Source: Verrucomicrobiota bacterium (GTDB lineage: Bacteria; Verrucomicrobiota; Verrucomicrobiia; Limisphaerales; RI-55). Taken from it: DNA of 64,000 nucleotides. How positions within the stretch are numbered: the stretch's first letter is position 1; each line of letters opens with the position of its first letter. The stretch spans positions 10,516 through 74,515 of the forward strand of contig JBDNGP010000028.1 of assembly GCA_041689265.1 (NCBI GenBank), read 5' to 3'. The notes under the pieces were generated by a model. The model worked only from the letters and a program-made list of their open reading frames with translations, searched no databases and was not told the origin of the DNA. Below, one piece after another: positions 1-10,548 of this stretch. Made by a program: the position numbers and the translations under genes.

Positions 1-827
1 AGAAACACCAGATAGAGGCTCATCGTGCACATGGTGCCCAACAAACCGTGCTCGGCGGCAATCACGGAAAAAATCATGTCAGAATAGTGATACGGCACCA
101 CGCCTTTCCTCTTGTAGGGGCTGTTGGCCAACCCGACGCCGAAAGATCCTCCGATCGCGACCGCCTTGGTTCCGTTCTCGGATTGGTAGGACATCCCACC
201 CTGGTGATTCTCAGGATGAAAGAACGCGTCGATCCGTTTCATGCGGTTCTCGTTGTTGTAGATGAGCGTTCCGACCAGCAGGAGACCGGCAATCCCGATG
301 ACGGAAAGGTGCGAGATCCGCACGCCGACGATCAACATCAACACGCCCGCGACCGCTCCCAAAACCAGCGTTGTTCCATAGTCCGGCTCGGCGGCGATCA
401 ACCCAAGAATCACCGCGCCGATGGACCCCAGATAAACAACGCCGTACCTGAACGTGCCGAGTTTGCGCTGGTGCCGGTCGGCGAAGGCCGCCATCCCGAT
501 GATCAACGCAAGTTTGCCCAGTTCGCTGGGCTGAAATCCGACGGGGCCAAGCGAAAGCCACCGTCGGGAACCGTTCACCAAACCGCCCGCCAGCACCGCG
601 ACCAGGCAGATCAGCGCGACGACATAGAACGGCCACGCCAGCTTTTTGAGCCAGCGATAATCCAGACACGCGATGATCGCGCAAATCACGACGCCGGCGG
701 CGAGATGGACCAACTGCTTGTTGAACAACGCCTGATCCGCCGTCATCACCGCGCTGCTGAGAACCACCACTCCCATCGCCAGAAGAAGCGAAACGCAGAT
801 CGCCAAAATGGTAGTTGCTGAACGCAT
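1..827 (-). CDS. ftsW: Cell division protein FtsW (SEDS family), 3' end outside the window
   Basis: Not in the ORF track because it has no stop in the window. Manual translation from ATG 827: MRSATTILAICVSLLLAMGVVVLSS...; SEDS motifs FQPSELGK and PYHYSDMIFSVIAAEHG; lies downstream of murD. Confidence 0.92.
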   Translation of the reverse strand, partial: MRSATTILAICVSLLLAMGVVVLSSAVMTADQALFNKQLVHLAAGVVICAIIACLDYRWLKKLAWPFYVVALICLVAVLAGGLVNGSRRWLSLGPVGFQPSELGKLALIIGMAAFADRHQRKLGTFRYGVVYLGSIGAVILGLIAAEPDYGTTLVLGAVAGVLMLIVGVRISHLSVIGIAGLLLVGTLIYNNENRMKRIDAFFHPENHQGGMSYQSENGTKAVAIGGSFGVGLANSPYKRKGVVPYHYSDMIFSVIAAEHGLLGTMCTMSLYLVF

Positions 828-840
828 TTTCTAAACGGAC

Positions 841-874
841 CTCCGGGCGTGACCGGCCACGATCACGCCCGGAG
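841..874. other. Perfect 12-bp stem-loop between the LysM gene and ftsW
   Basis: CTCCGGGCGTGA (841-852) pairs with TCACGCCCGGAG (863-874); no strong U-tract, so terminator function is uncertain. Confidence 0.5.
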
Positions 875-892
875 CATGTCAACCCAACCGCT

Positions 893-1702
893 CTAATTCG
901 ACGGAACCGGAATGACGAGTTTCTGCCCGACGTTGATCCGGCTGCCTTTAATATTGTTCGCCTCCTGGAGGGCCTTGACGCTGACGCCGTAATTCTTGGA
1001 GATGCGGGTCAGGGTATCGCCCGACTTCACCGTGTAGGTCGTCCCCCGGGCGGAAGTCTGGCTTCCGGACTCAGGAACGGAGGGCGTCACCGCCTGCACA
1101 TCGGGTGGCAGATTCAGGGTCTGGCCCACCTGTAGTTTGAGTGAGTCGACACCGGGATTCGCACTGCTGATATCAGACGGCTTCAGATTGTGTTTCTTCG
1201 CGATGCCCGTGAACGTATCGCCCGGAAGGATGACATAAGGAGTCATCTCTTCGACGATCAACGGCTGGGGCACCGGCTCGGTTGGGACGAAGCGGTTGGC
1301 ATTCGTGGGCGCGAACGGATTGCTGCCCGGCGTGGCCACGTTCTGGCTTTCGGTCCCGGCGAAGCGGTTGTTGTCGATGGGTGGCAGCGGAGGCATCGTG
1401 CGATCGGTCGTCGGCCGGGGAATCCCGCCCGGAATTTCGACGGGGGCCTCGGTGTTTGGAAGATTGAGAGACGCGAACGGATCATCGTTGCTCGTGATCG
1501 GCTCCGGATTGCTGAGTCCGCTGTCGGTGAACTTCGGCTCGGCTTCGGGGGCCTCCTCCTTGCAGCCGAGGAACAGGAGTCCGCCGAGAACGACTCCGTG
1601 AATCGCGAGAATGGTGCTGACCACGATCTTGATCATGGAGCGTTTGTTGTTCGCCTGGGTTTCGAGGGCACCCTGGGGCATGAGTGGGTTGGGTGTGTTC
1701 AT
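893..1702 (-). CDS. Membrane-anchored protein with two LysM domains (NlpD-like)
   Basis: N-terminal hydrophobic segment ending LLFLGC, Pro-rich linker, LysM repeats YVILPGDTFTGIAKKH and YTVKSGDTLTRISKNY. Confidence 0.9.
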   Translation of the reverse strand: MNTPNPLMPQGALETQANNKRSMIKIVVSTILAIHGVVLGGLLFLGCKEEAPEAEPKFTDSGLSNPEPITSNDDPFASLNLPNTEAPVEIPGGIPRPTTDRTMPPLPPIDNNRFAGTESQNVATPGSNPFAPTNANRFVPTEPVPQPLIVEEMTPYVILPGDTFTGIAKKHNLKPSDISSANPGVDSLKLQVGQTLNLPPDVQAVTPSVPESGSQTSARGTTYTVKSGDTLTRISKNYGVSVKALQEANNIKGSRINVGQKLVIPVPSN

Positions 1703-1734
1703 GATATTTCTGCGTTAATCTGTTGTGGCCGTTT

Positions 1735-3141
1735 CTAATTCTTAACAATGGTCTGCTTTTCGGCGGGGAGTACCTGCAACATAAGCACGGACCGGCGAAA
1801 TTCATCTCCGCGATGTTGATAATCCCGGAACATGTCGAAACTCGCACACGCCGGGGACAACAGCACGACGTCGCCGGGGCGGGCGGAATCCGCCGCACGG
1901 GCCACGGCATCCGCCAGTGAATTCACCAGTGTGCACGGGGTGAAAAGACTCCACGCGGCGCGTATTTTCTCACGAGTTTCCCCCAAAAGAAAGGCACCTT
2001 TTACGCGTTGTGAGAGAAGCGGGCCCACGTCGTGATATTCGAATCCCTTGTCCTTCCCGCCCGCAATCAGCCAGATGTTCGGCTCCAAGGTTGACATAGG
2101 TCCCACAGAGCGAATCGCTTGCGCGGTCGCGTCCAGGTTCGTCGCCTTCGAATCGTTGATGTATCTTACGCCGCAGATCTCCGCGATCGGTTCGCAGCGG
2201 TGCGGGGCCGGCTCATAATTCTTCAGGGCGGCAATCACCGGTTTCAGCGGCAGCCGCAGGACCCGGCTCACCGCCAGAGCGGCCATCAGATTCTCGGCAT
2301 TGTGCGGTCCGGAAACGCAGCATTGATCCATGCTGAGCAACGGGCCGCTCCAGTCCGGCAGCTGGCTGATAATCAGTCCACGTTCCAGGAACAGATCCGC
2401 CCGGCGGTTGTTCGCGCTGAAGGTGATCACTTTGGAATTCACCAAAATGCCCAGCGACCGCATCTGCGCGTACGCCTCGCTCTGGACGATCGCCCAGTCG
2501 AACGCCTGCTGGTTCATGAACATCCGTGCTTTGGCCCGTATGTACTCTGACATCGACTCGTAACGGTCGAGGTGATCCGGCGTCAGATTGGTGAGGACCC
2601 CGACACTCGGACGAAAATGGTGGATGGACTCGAGCTGGAACGAGCTGGCTTCAATGGTCAGAAAATCAAGATCCTTGCTCTGCTCCACCACGTCGCAGAT
2701 CGGCAGGCCGATGTTGCCCGCCGCAACGGTCTGGCGACCGGACTGCGTCAGCACGCTCTCGATCATCTCGGTGGTCGTGGTTTTCCCGTTGGTGCCGGTG
2801 ATCGCGATATGCAGACACACGGACTGGCGGAAACCCAGCTCCAGTTCGCCAATGACCGGCACCTGTTTTTCTTCAGCGAGCTGGCGGACGAGCGCGCAAT
2901 TCTTCGGCACGCCCGGACTCAGGACCGCGAGGGCAAGGTCAACATCCGGCGCTTCCATTTTTCCCAGCGTGATCCGGGCGCCGCCCGCCTTCAGCGGTTT
3001 GACCAGCTGCACGAGTTCCGGTGAATCATTCGAATCGACCGCGAACACCCGCGCCCCGCGCCGCAACAACAACGCGCAGGCCGAACGTCCGCTGACGCCC
3101 AACCCGATCACGAGCACGTTTTTGTTTTTCAGATCGTTCAT
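1735..3141 (-). CDS. murD: UDP-N-acetylmuramoyl-L-alanine--D-glutamate ligase
   Basis: GLGVSG, ITGTNGKTTT, DHLDRY, NDSKATN, LLSPACASFDMF. Confidence 0.97.
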   Translation of the reverse strand: MNDLKNKNVLVIGLGVSGRSACALLLRRGARVFAVDSNDSPELVQLVKPLKAGGARITLGKMEAPDVDLALAVLSPGVPKNCALVRQLAEEKQVPVIGELELGFRQSVCLHIAITGTNGKTTTTEMIESVLTQSGRQTVAAGNIGLPICDVVEQSKDLDFLTIEASSFQLESIHHFRPSVGVLTNLTPDHLDRYESMSEYIRAKARMFMNQQAFDWAIVQSEAYAQMRSLGILVNSKVITFSANNRRADLFLERGLIISQLPDWSGPLLSMDQCCVSGPHNAENLMAALAVSRVLRLPLKPVIAALKNYEPAPHRCEPIAEICGVRYINDSKATNLDATAQAIRSVGPMSTLEPNIWLIAGGKDKGFEYHDVGPLLSQRVKGAFLLGETREKIRAAWSLFTPCTLVNSLADAVARAADSARPGDVVLLSPACASFDMFRDYQHRGDEFRRSVLMLQVLPAEKQTIVKN

Positions 3142-3151
3142 GACAGTTTGC

Positions 3152-4297
3152 TCAACGGATCTTCAGGGTACTCAACGCCACCAACGCAAACAAAATCCCC
3201 AGAATATAAAATCGCGTCACCACCTGCGATTCATACCAGCCCATTCTCTCGTAGTGATGATGCAGCGGCGCCATCAGAAACACGCGACGCCCTTCGCCAT
3301 ACCGCCAGCGGGTGTATTTGAAAAAGTAACGCTGGATGAGCACGGAGCCGGCTTCCATCACGAACACCCCGCCGGCGATCACAAGAATGAACGGCTGATG
3401 GATCAGCACCGCGATGATGCCGAACGCGCCTCCGAGCGCCAGCGATCCGGTGTCGCCCATGAACACCTGCGCCGGATGACAGTTGAACCACAGGAAACCC
3501 AACGCGGCACCCAGCATCGCCGCGCAAAACACGGTCAATTCAGCGGCACCCGGAGCGGACGGAATCAGCAGGTATTCGCTGAACACCTTGTTGCCCGCGA
3601 GGTAGGTGAGAATCGCGAAAACCGAGCCCACAATCGCAGTCAATCCAATTGCAAGTCCGTCCAAACCGTCCGTTAGATTAACAGCATTGGAACTTCCGAC
3701 AATCGCAAAAACCGTAATCCCGATCCCGAGCCATGCCATGTCCTTGAAAGTTTCCTTCATGAACGGAATGGAGATTTCGCTCACCAGATGGTTCGTGGTC
3801 GGCAGATACCAGAGATAAACGGCGATGAAGATCGCAAGACCGAACTGGACGATCAGCTTGACGTGCTCGGCTGCGCCGCCGCTGTTCTGTTTCGTGACCT
3901 TCGCGTAGTCATCGTAAAACCCCAGCCCGGCCAGAACCAGCACGCTTAACAACGTCAGCTGAAGCAGCGTGTTCCACTGCGCCCAGAGTAAGGCGGTCAG
4001 GTCCATGATCAGCACCAGCATCACGCCACCCATCGTCGGCGTCCCCTTCTTGCTGAGGATGCGCGCCTTCAGATCGCCGCCCTCCTCGGCCTTGTCCGAG
4101 TAATCCTGACCGAACTTCAACGCCTTCAACCAACGGATGATTCCCGGCCCCGCCCAGAGGCTGAGCAGCAACGCCGTCACGGCCGCACCCACGGCCCGAA
4201 ACGTGACGTACGTGAAAAGGTGCATCAACGAAGCGACGCCCGACCATGCGGTGCCCTCCGTCAGCTCTGTGATATATTGGCTCAGGTAAAATAGCAT
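3152..4297 (-). CDS. mraY: Phospho-N-acetylmuramoyl-pentapeptide transferase
   Basis: KKGTPTMGG, NAVNLTDGLDGL, FMGDTGSLALG, MAPLHHHYE. Confidence 0.98.
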   Translation of the reverse strand: MLFYLSQYITELTEGTAWSGVASLMHLFTYVTFRAVGAAVTALLLSLWAGPGIIRWLKALKFGQDYSDKAEEGGDLKARILSKKGTPTMGGVMLVLIMDLTALLWAQWNTLLQLTLLSVLVLAGLGFYDDYAKVTKQNSGGAAEHVKLIVQFGLAIFIAVYLWYLPTTNHLVSEISIPFMKETFKDMAWLGIGITVFAIVGSSNAVNLTDGLDGLAIGLTAIVGSVFAILTYLAGNKVFSEYLLIPSAPGAAELTVFCAAMLGAALGFLWFNCHPAQVFMGDTGSLALGGAFGIIAVLIHQPFILVIAGGVFVMEAGSVLIQRYFFKYTRWRYGEGRRVFLMAPLHHHYERMGWYESQVVTRFYILGILFALVALSTLKIR

Positions 4298-4301
4298 CTG
4301 C

Positions 4302-5723
4302 TCAACACCGGTTGTCAGGTCGATCCTTTGTGACCGGTGATTTGGTAAAACGTTCCATGATCTGCTCCAGCCGGCTCGTCCGCGATCCTTTCAACAACAC
4401 GAGATCGTCGGCCCGGATTTCTCCGGTGAGCAGGTTCGCCACTTCATCAATTGATCCGCAACAACGTGCGTTCAAGAGGCCGGCTTCACGCGCCGCCGAG
4501 GCGGTCGTTTCAGCCTGCGTGCCGATGGCGATCAACTGGTCCATCTTCAATTCGGCTGCGAGCCGGCCCACTTCCAAATGCGCAGCATGCGCATGCTTCC
4601 CCAACTCAGCCATGTCGCCCAAGACCACGATCCGCCTTCCCCTCACCGGCAGTTCCGCCATCGTCACCAACGCGACGCGGGTGCTGTCAACGTTGGCGTT
4701 GTAGGCGTCATTGAGGATTCGCACGCCGCTAAATTCCAGAAGTTCCATTCGCATCTTGGCCGGAGGACACTCTCTCAAACCATCAGCGATCTGATCCCGT
4801 GACAGACCGAGATGAGCACCCACCGCGACCGCGAGCAGGGCGTTGCCGACTTGGGCGCGGCCCAACATCTTCAATTCAAACGTGCCGTCGAAACGGCCGT
4901 TCGGAGAGCGCACTTCAAATTGTTGAACCGATCCGGTGAACCGGATGTTTTCTGCCCGCCACGCGTTGTTCGAATGCATGCCAACCCGAACAACAGTCGC
5001 CTTGGTACGGGCCGCTAATTCATTGGCCCGTTCGCAGTCGCCGTTAAGAAACAGAAATCCGTTTGCGGGCAGCAACTCGGGGAGCGCGCCCTCCTCCTTC
5101 ACCACGCCGTCAAGATCTTCAAAGAATTCCAGGTGCTCGCGTCCGATGCTGGTCATCACGCCGATCTGCGGTTCGATGATGCGGATCAACGGCGCGAGTT
5201 CGCCAGGGTGATTCGTCCCGACTTCCAGCACCGCCGCCCGGTGCGAGGACTCCAGCCGGAGCAACGTCAACGGCACGCCGATGTCGTTGTTGAAACTGGC
5301 CTCGCTCCAGAGCACCGGAAACTTTTGACTCAACACCGCCGCAAGCAATTCTTTGGTGCTGGTCTTGCCGTTTGATCCGGCGACCGCGATCACCGGCAAA
5401 TCAAAATCTTTTCGATACCGCGCGGCGATCTGTCCGAGCGCAAGCCGCGTGTCGTCGACGCGGATGACCCCGGCGGTTCGGGTCGATGATTCGAGCGCGT
5501 ACTCTTTCTGAATCAAAACACCGGCCGCACCGCGTTCAAGAATTTTGGCGGCGAATGCATGACCGTCGAACCGTTCACCTTTAATCGCCAGAAACAGGTC
5601 GCCTTCGGACGCCGTCCGCGAGTCCGTGGAAACACGGCGCACCGGTGCATCCGGTGAACCGGAACACAGTTCACTGGAACACGCTTCACTCAAATATTTG
5701 AGGGTGCGGCTTTCCATTTTCAT
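4302..5723 (-). CDS. murF: UDP-MurNAc-tripeptide--D-Ala-D-Ala ligase
   Basis: AGSNGKTSTKE, FNNDIGVPLT, NDAYNAN, LGDMAELG, LLKGSR. Start may be 5717. Confidence 0.96.
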   Translation of the reverse strand: MKMESRTLKYLSEACSSELCSGSPDAPVRRVSTDSRTASEGDLFLAIKGERFDGHAFAAKILERGAAGVLIQKEYALESSTRTAGVIRVDDTRLALGQIAARYRKDFDLPVIAVAGSNGKTSTKELLAAVLSQKFPVLWSEASFNNDIGVPLTLLRLESSHRAAVLEVGTNHPGELAPLIRIIEPQIGVMTSIGREHLEFFEDLDGVVKEEGALPELLPANGFLFLNGDCERANELAARTKATVVRVGMHSNNAWRAENIRFTGSVQQFEVRSPNGRFDGTFELKMLGRAQVGNALLAVAVGAHLGLSRDQIADGLRECPPAKMRMELLEFSGVRILNDAYNANVDSTRVALVTMAELPVRGRRIVVLGDMAELGKHAHAAHLEVGRLAAELKMDQLIAIGTQAETTASAAREAGLLNARCCGSIDEVANLLTGEIRADDLVLLKGSRTSRLEQIMERFTKSPVTKDRPDNRC

Positions 5724-7244
5724 TCAGACCAGGAGACAGTCCAGACGCGAGCCTGAACGCGTCTGCTCACGCAGCGCACGGGCGGCCAGCGCATCCCGGG
5801 CGATCACCCGGTCGTCAAAGGGAAATACGGTGTCGTCAAATTCCTGGTACGTTTCGTGGCCTTTGCCGGCGATGAGAACGGTGTCGCCGGGCCGGGCCAT
5901 ATTGATGATGTCCTCGATCGCACGACGCCGGTCGAGTTCCATTCCAAAGTTGTCGTCACGTACCAGTCGGTAGCCCTCTTGAATCTGCCCTGCGATGTGA
6001 GAGGGAGATTCGCGGCGCGGATTGTCATTGGTGATGAGAGTGTAATCCGCGAGTCGCGCGGCGACTTCGCCCATCTTCGCGCGCTTGCCTACGTCGCGAC
6101 TGCCACCGCATCCGAAAAGCAGCAGCAGCCGGCCTTCGGTCACTTCACGGACGGTTTTCAGCACCTGCTCCAGTGCGTCGCCGGTGTGGGCATAGTCGAC
6201 AAAAATGTTGAATGATTCATTGGCAGAGACCCTCTCCAGACGACCGGGTACGGGCGACATTTTCCTGAGTGCTTTCTGGATCAGTTTCCAGCTGATGTTG
6301 AGCGTCGTGGCGGCACCGATCGCGGCGAGCGCGTTGTAAATATTGTAACGACCGATGAGAGGCATCTCGAACCTCAGCTGTTTTCCATCCGTTTCGAGAT
6401 TGAAGATGGTGCGGTCCTGACGCAGTTCAATGTCATGCGCGCGGAGTTGCGCGGACTGTCCGAGTCCGTACGTGAGTTTCACCGCCACGTCCTGTTCGCG
6501 ATGGAGCCGCTGGCCGTACGCGTCGTCGATGTTCACCACCGCGGCACCTTTCTTTTCGCCGTGCTGCAACGCGGTGAACAGTTTCATTTTGGCAGCGAAA
6601 TAGCCGTCCATCGTGCCGTGATAATCCAGATGGTCCTGCGTCAGGTTCGTGAAAATGGCCACGTCAAATTCGACCCCGAGCGTGCGTTGCTGATCCAGCG
6701 CGTGCGAGCTGACTTCCATCACGCAGGCCTCGCAACCCGACCGGACCATCTGCGCGAGCATCTGCTGAATTTCCAGCGCCTCGGGAGTGGTGCGGGCGGC
6801 GGGAATCACGCGGTCGCCAATCTCGTAACGGATGGTTCCCAGCAGGCCGGTCTTGATGCCGGCGGCAAGCAACATTTCCTTCACGAGAAATGAAACGGTC
6901 GTCTTGCCGTTCGTGCCGGTGACACCGATCACCTTGAGCTTGGAACTCGGATTCTCATAAAACGCGGTGGCGGCGCGGGCCATCGATTCACGTGAATCAG
7001 CCACGACAATCATGGTCGTGTGCGCGGTCGGAAATCCGTCCCGCTCGCAAATGACCGCCGCAGCTCCGCGCTCGATCGCGTCCTCGATGTAATTGTGCCC
7101 GTCGGTGTTCTGCCCTTTCAGCGCGACGAACAGGGTCCCCGGCGTTACGCGACGCGAATCGTACGCAAGACCGGTTATCTCACGGTCAAGCGAACCTTCG
7201 ACTTCAAGCGTCGACACCGATTGCAAGAGTTGCCGAAGTTTCAT
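5724..7244 (-). CDS. murE: UDP-MurNAc-dipeptide--meso-DAP ligase
   Basis: GVTGTNGKTT, MEVSSH, DHLDYH, DYAHT, DNPR (meso-DAP specificity motif), AGKGHETYQ. Confidence 0.97.
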   Translation of the reverse strand: MKLRQLLQSVSTLEVEGSLDREITGLAYDSRRVTPGTLFVALKGQNTDGHNYIEDAIERGAAAVICERDGFPTAHTTMIVVADSRESMARAATAFYENPSSKLKVIGVTGTNGKTTVSFLVKEMLLAAGIKTGLLGTIRYEIGDRVIPAARTTPEALEIQQMLAQMVRSGCEACVMEVSSHALDQQRTLGVEFDVAIFTNLTQDHLDYHGTMDGYFAAKMKLFTALQHGEKKGAAVVNIDDAYGQRLHREQDVAVKLTYGLGQSAQLRAHDIELRQDRTIFNLETDGKQLRFEMPLIGRYNIYNALAAIGAATTLNISWKLIQKALRKMSPVPGRLERVSANESFNIFVDYAHTGDALEQVLKTVREVTEGRLLLLFGCGGSRDVGKRAKMGEVAARLADYTLITNDNPRRESPSHIAGQIQEGYRLVRDDNFGMELDRRRAIEDIINMARPGDTVLIAGKGHETYQEFDDTVFPFDDRVIARDALAARALREQTRSGSRLDCLLV

Positions 7245-7246
7245 GG

Positions 7247-9154
7247 TCAGTCGTCCACGTTCAGGGACAGGAGTTGATCCGGCGCTTCCGGTGATTTGTC
7301 GGGTTTGATGTTGAGATGTTGTCCGGTGAGACGGGCCAGTTCCGCAAAGATGGGACCGGCGACTTTCCCGCCGAAATAGCCCCGATTCTTCTCCGGTTCG
7401 TTCACGGTGACTGCGATACAGATCCGCGGAGCGGAGGCCGGGAACACACCGACAAACGAACCATAGTAACGCTTGTTGTCGTACGGCACGTTCGGGTCGC
7501 CGGTGTACTTGTGCGCGGTGCCGGTTTTCCCCGCCACCGTGTAGTAATCCAACGCGGCGGTCGTGGCCGTTCCGCCGGTTTCGGTGACCGTCTGCAGGGC
7601 CTGCATCATTTCGCGGCTGGTCCGCGCCGAGATCACTCGTCTCACCGGCTGCGGCTTGAAATCGATAATGACGTTGCCGTTCCGCTCCTTGATCTGCCTC
7701 AAAATCTGAGGACGCATCATCGTGCCGCCGTTGGCGATCGCAGAGTAGACGCAGGCGATCTGAAGCTGGGTGACGGCAGACGCGTATCCGATCGGCAACC
7801 GGGTGAAATCCACCGGTCGATACTGGTCGCGCGGGTGAAGAATGCCCGCCTCTTCGTAGAGCCCGATTCCGGTTTTTGAGCCGATGCCGAATTCCTTCAT
7901 ATAGGCATAAAAACGGTCATCGCCCAGCAGTGCGGCAATCTTTGCGGTCCCAATGTTGGAAGACTTGGTCACGATCTCCTTGACGGTCAAATCCTCGTAG
8001 TGGTGAGGAAGGTCGGTCAACGGCCTGGCGGGCGCGGCCCAGTAACCTTTTTCACAGTAAATGCTCGTCTCGAGAGTGACGGCGTTTTCCTCAAGCGCAC
8101 CGGCGATCGCAATCGCCTTCATGATCGAACCCGGTTCAAACATTTCCGTGAGCGGCAGCAGCCGCGAATGCTCTTCCTTGAAGGTGGTCCGGTCGGCGGG
8201 GTCGAAACTCGGAGCACTCGAGAGAGCGAGGATTTCACCGGTGTTCACATCCATCACCGTCACAAAAACACTCTGCGCCCCAAGTTCGATCAATGCCTGC
8301 TGGACGGCCTTGTCGGCGCCCTCCTGAATTCGGCGGTCGATGGTCAGGGCGACGTTTGACCCGTCCCTCGCGGCGAACCGGTCGGTCACCTGCTCGACCA
8401 GTTCCGTTCGCGCTTTCCGGACCCGGCCCGGAGTTCCGGCGAGCGGTTCGTCGAGGGCCGCTTCAATTCCGTTGGCTCCATATTGGATAAAATAGTCCGG
8501 GCCCGACGCCGCCGGCGATTTGTGTTCACGGCTGTTTACCAGGCCGAGAACGGGGGCCGCCATGCCACCGTTTGGATAATGCCGCGTCTGCACTTCGCGG
8601 CTCACGTAGACGCCCCGGCTGCGCACATTTTTCAGGAATTGCCGGGTGTCCTTCGGCAGGGAAGAAACATCCCAATCCGCGCCGATTGTTTTCAACGCCG
8701 CCCTAATTTCCTCCAGAGTGTCGTGAGAAACGGCGTTGGCAACACTGACAAATCTTACGGGCCTCATCTCGCCGGTTTTCGTGTCAAGATACTCGGCAGG
8801 ACCGATCCGCCGGGTGAGTTGCTCCTGAGGAATACCGAGGATCGGCGAGATCACTCGCGCGACTTCCGGATAGAGCGGCCCGTTGAACTGGGGATCCACC
8901 CCGATGTTGTAGTGCCGGACCGACGCAGCCAGCGTGCTGCCGCTGCGATCTGTGATCTCGCCACGCCACGGCATTTCGATCTCCTCGACGATCGAGCGCT
9001 CCTCGAATTTCCGCCTGGTTTCCGCCGCCGTGAGGTACTGCAGGTCGACCAGCCGCCAGCCCAGCCCAAAAAAGGCGATGATGACCAGCAGGGTCATCCA
9101 CATCAATCGATGGTATTGGGCTGATTTGATCATGGTTTTAAGTGCACCGGTCAC
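7247..9154 (-). CDS. ftsI: Class B penicillin-binding protein (FtsI/PBP3-like)
   Basis: N-terminal TM, RGEITDR, catalytic SIMK, SSN and KTGT motifs; position between ftsL and murE. Start may be 9133. Confidence 0.9.
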   Translation of the reverse strand: MTGALKTMIKSAQYHRLMWMTLLVIIAFFGLGWRLVDLQYLTAAETRRKFEERSIVEEIEMPWRGEITDRSGSTLAASVRHYNIGVDPQFNGPLYPEVARVISPILGIPQEQLTRRIGPAEYLDTKTGEMRPVRFVSVANAVSHDTLEEIRAALKTIGADWDVSSLPKDTRQFLKNVRSRGVYVSREVQTRHYPNGGMAAPVLGLVNSREHKSPAASGPDYFIQYGANGIEAALDEPLAGTPGRVRKARTELVEQVTDRFAARDGSNVALTIDRRIQEGADKAVQQALIELGAQSVFVTVMDVNTGEILALSSAPSFDPADRTTFKEEHSRLLPLTEMFEPGSIMKAIAIAGALEENAVTLETSIYCEKGYWAAPARPLTDLPHHYEDLTVKEIVTKSSNIGTAKIAALLGDDRFYAYMKEFGIGSKTGIGLYEEAGILHPRDQYRPVDFTRLPIGYASAVTQLQIACVYSAIANGGTMMRPQILRQIKERNGNVIIDFKPQPVRRVISARTSREMMQALQTVTETGGTATTAALDYYTVAGKTGTAHKYTGDPNVPYDNKRYYGSFVGVFPASAPRICIAVTVNEPEKNRGYFGGKVAGPIFAELARLTGQHLNIKPDKSPEAPDQLLSLNVDD

Positions 9155-9244
9155 CCACGGCCATCGGTTCCTCCATAGAACGAAAGCAGGCCGCAGGTGC
9201 CGGTGTATGATTGTTATGGTTTAACGTCGTCATTAAAATTTTAG

Positions 9245-9586
9245 TCACTGCCGCACCAGCGACATCTTCGTATTTCTTGCCGAATACTGCGGCTCCCGGA
9301 CGGTGACAACTTTTCGCAGATCCGTCTGCTGCATCTGAATCCTGTGGCCGAACAGGTAGGCATTGATCTGCGGACTCGTTGTGGCACGGTTAAGATCGGT
9401 GTTCGCCCGGCGCTGTTCGTTCACGAATCCGTCGATGGTCTTTTCGTTCTCGTCCCGCTGGTTTTTCAGATCGCGGATCTGCCCTTTCTGCAAAACATAC
9501 CCCACGCCCGAACCGCCAAGAAACAGGCTGACCAGAAGGACCTTTGCAACGGTGCTGAATTGGACGGACTGTTGGCGCTTGTTCAT
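9245..9586 (-). CDS. FtsL-like small membrane/coiled-coil division protein
   Basis: Single TM followed by a coiled-coil-like segment; lies between rsmH and ftsI (synteny-based call). Confidence 0.6.
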   Translation of the reverse strand: MNKRQQSVQFSTVAKVLLVSLFLGGSGVGYVLQKGQIRDLKNQRDENEKTIDGFVNEQRRANTDLNRATTSPQINAYLFGHRIQMQQTDLRKVVTVREPQYSARNTKMSLVRQ

Positions 9587-10524
9587 GCGGACCCTTTCAG
9601 TTTTTCGTAGACACGCAGCTGAGCACTGCGGCTCCGTGGATTCTCATCCAGTTCCACAGCGCCCGCCTTGATGGCTTTGTTTTTCACGATCTTCAAAATT
9701 GGTTGTCTCGGTCTTGACCAGTCCGGCCGCATCGCGTCATCGTCCCATTCATACTCGGCGCTGAGCGCCCGCCCGAACCGTTTCACAGCGCGGTCTTCCA
9801 ACGAGTGAAACGTGATGACCGCCAGCCGACCGCCCGGCTTTAACAGCGTCGTCGCGGCATTCAGCCCACGCATCAGCCCGCCCATCTCGTCGTTCACCGC
9901 AATTCGCAACGCCTGAAACATCCGCGTCGCCGGATGCGATTTCTTGCCGCGCCTCGGCAGAATCCGCTCGACCAGTTCCGCCAACTGCGCCGTCGACGTG
10001 ATCCGTCCGGTCTCCCGCACCCGCACGATACGGTTGGCGATCTTCCGCGACTTCGTCTCGTCACCGTATTCCCAAAAAATATTGGCCAGTTCAGTTTCGC
10101 CGTACTCGTTGACGATTTGTTCCGCCGTGAGCGGCTGACGCTGGTCCATCCGCATGTCGAGCGGGCCGTCGTGACTGAAACTGAATCCGCGTTCCGGAAC
10201 ATCCAGCTGTGGCGAACTCACACCGAGATCGAGCAGCACTGCGTCACAACTTTCACCCGGCACCCAGTCCGCGAGCTCGCCGTAATGCCCGCGCCGGATC
10301 TCAAAACGACCGGCGTACTGCGCCAACTGCCCGACAGCCGCTTCAATGGCCACGCCATCGCGATCGCAGCCATACAGAAATCCAGTCGGCAAAACCGCCC
10401 GAAGCATGGCTTCCGCGTGACCAGCTCCACCCAGCGTGCCGTCGGCGACCCGGCCGCCGTCCGACAACTGCAGGTTCGCCAGCACTTCCGCCAACAGCAC
10501 CGGTTTGTGAGTGAATAAGGACAC
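9583..10524 (-). CDS. rsmH: 16S rRNA m4C1402 methyltransferase
   Basis: HKPVLL, DGTLGGAGHA, DLGVSSPQLD, GPLDMRM, ITFHSLEDR, NPRSRSA. Confidence 0.98.
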   Translation of the reverse strand: MSLFTHKPVLLAEVLANLQLSDGGRVADGTLGGAGHAEAMLRAVLPTGFLYGCDRDGVAIEAAVGQLAQYAGRFEIRRGHYGELADWVPGESCDAVLLDLGVSSPQLDVPERGFSFSHDGPLDMRMDQRQPLTAEQIVNEYGETELANIFWEYGDETKSRKIANRIVRVRETGRITSTAQLAELVERILPRRGKKSHPATRMFQALRIAVNDEMGGLMRGLNAATTLLKPGGRLAVITFHSLEDRAVKRFGRALSAEYEWDDDAMRPDWSRPRQPILKIVKNKAIKAGAVELDENPRSRSAQLRVYEKLKGSA

Positions 10525-10548
10525 CTGGCATTATTCCAAAAACCTCGA

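Noticed and set aside
48-882. ORF-track calls 48..821(+) and 211..882(-)
   Set aside because: They overlap ftsW, which is in another minus-strand frame and runs off the window.
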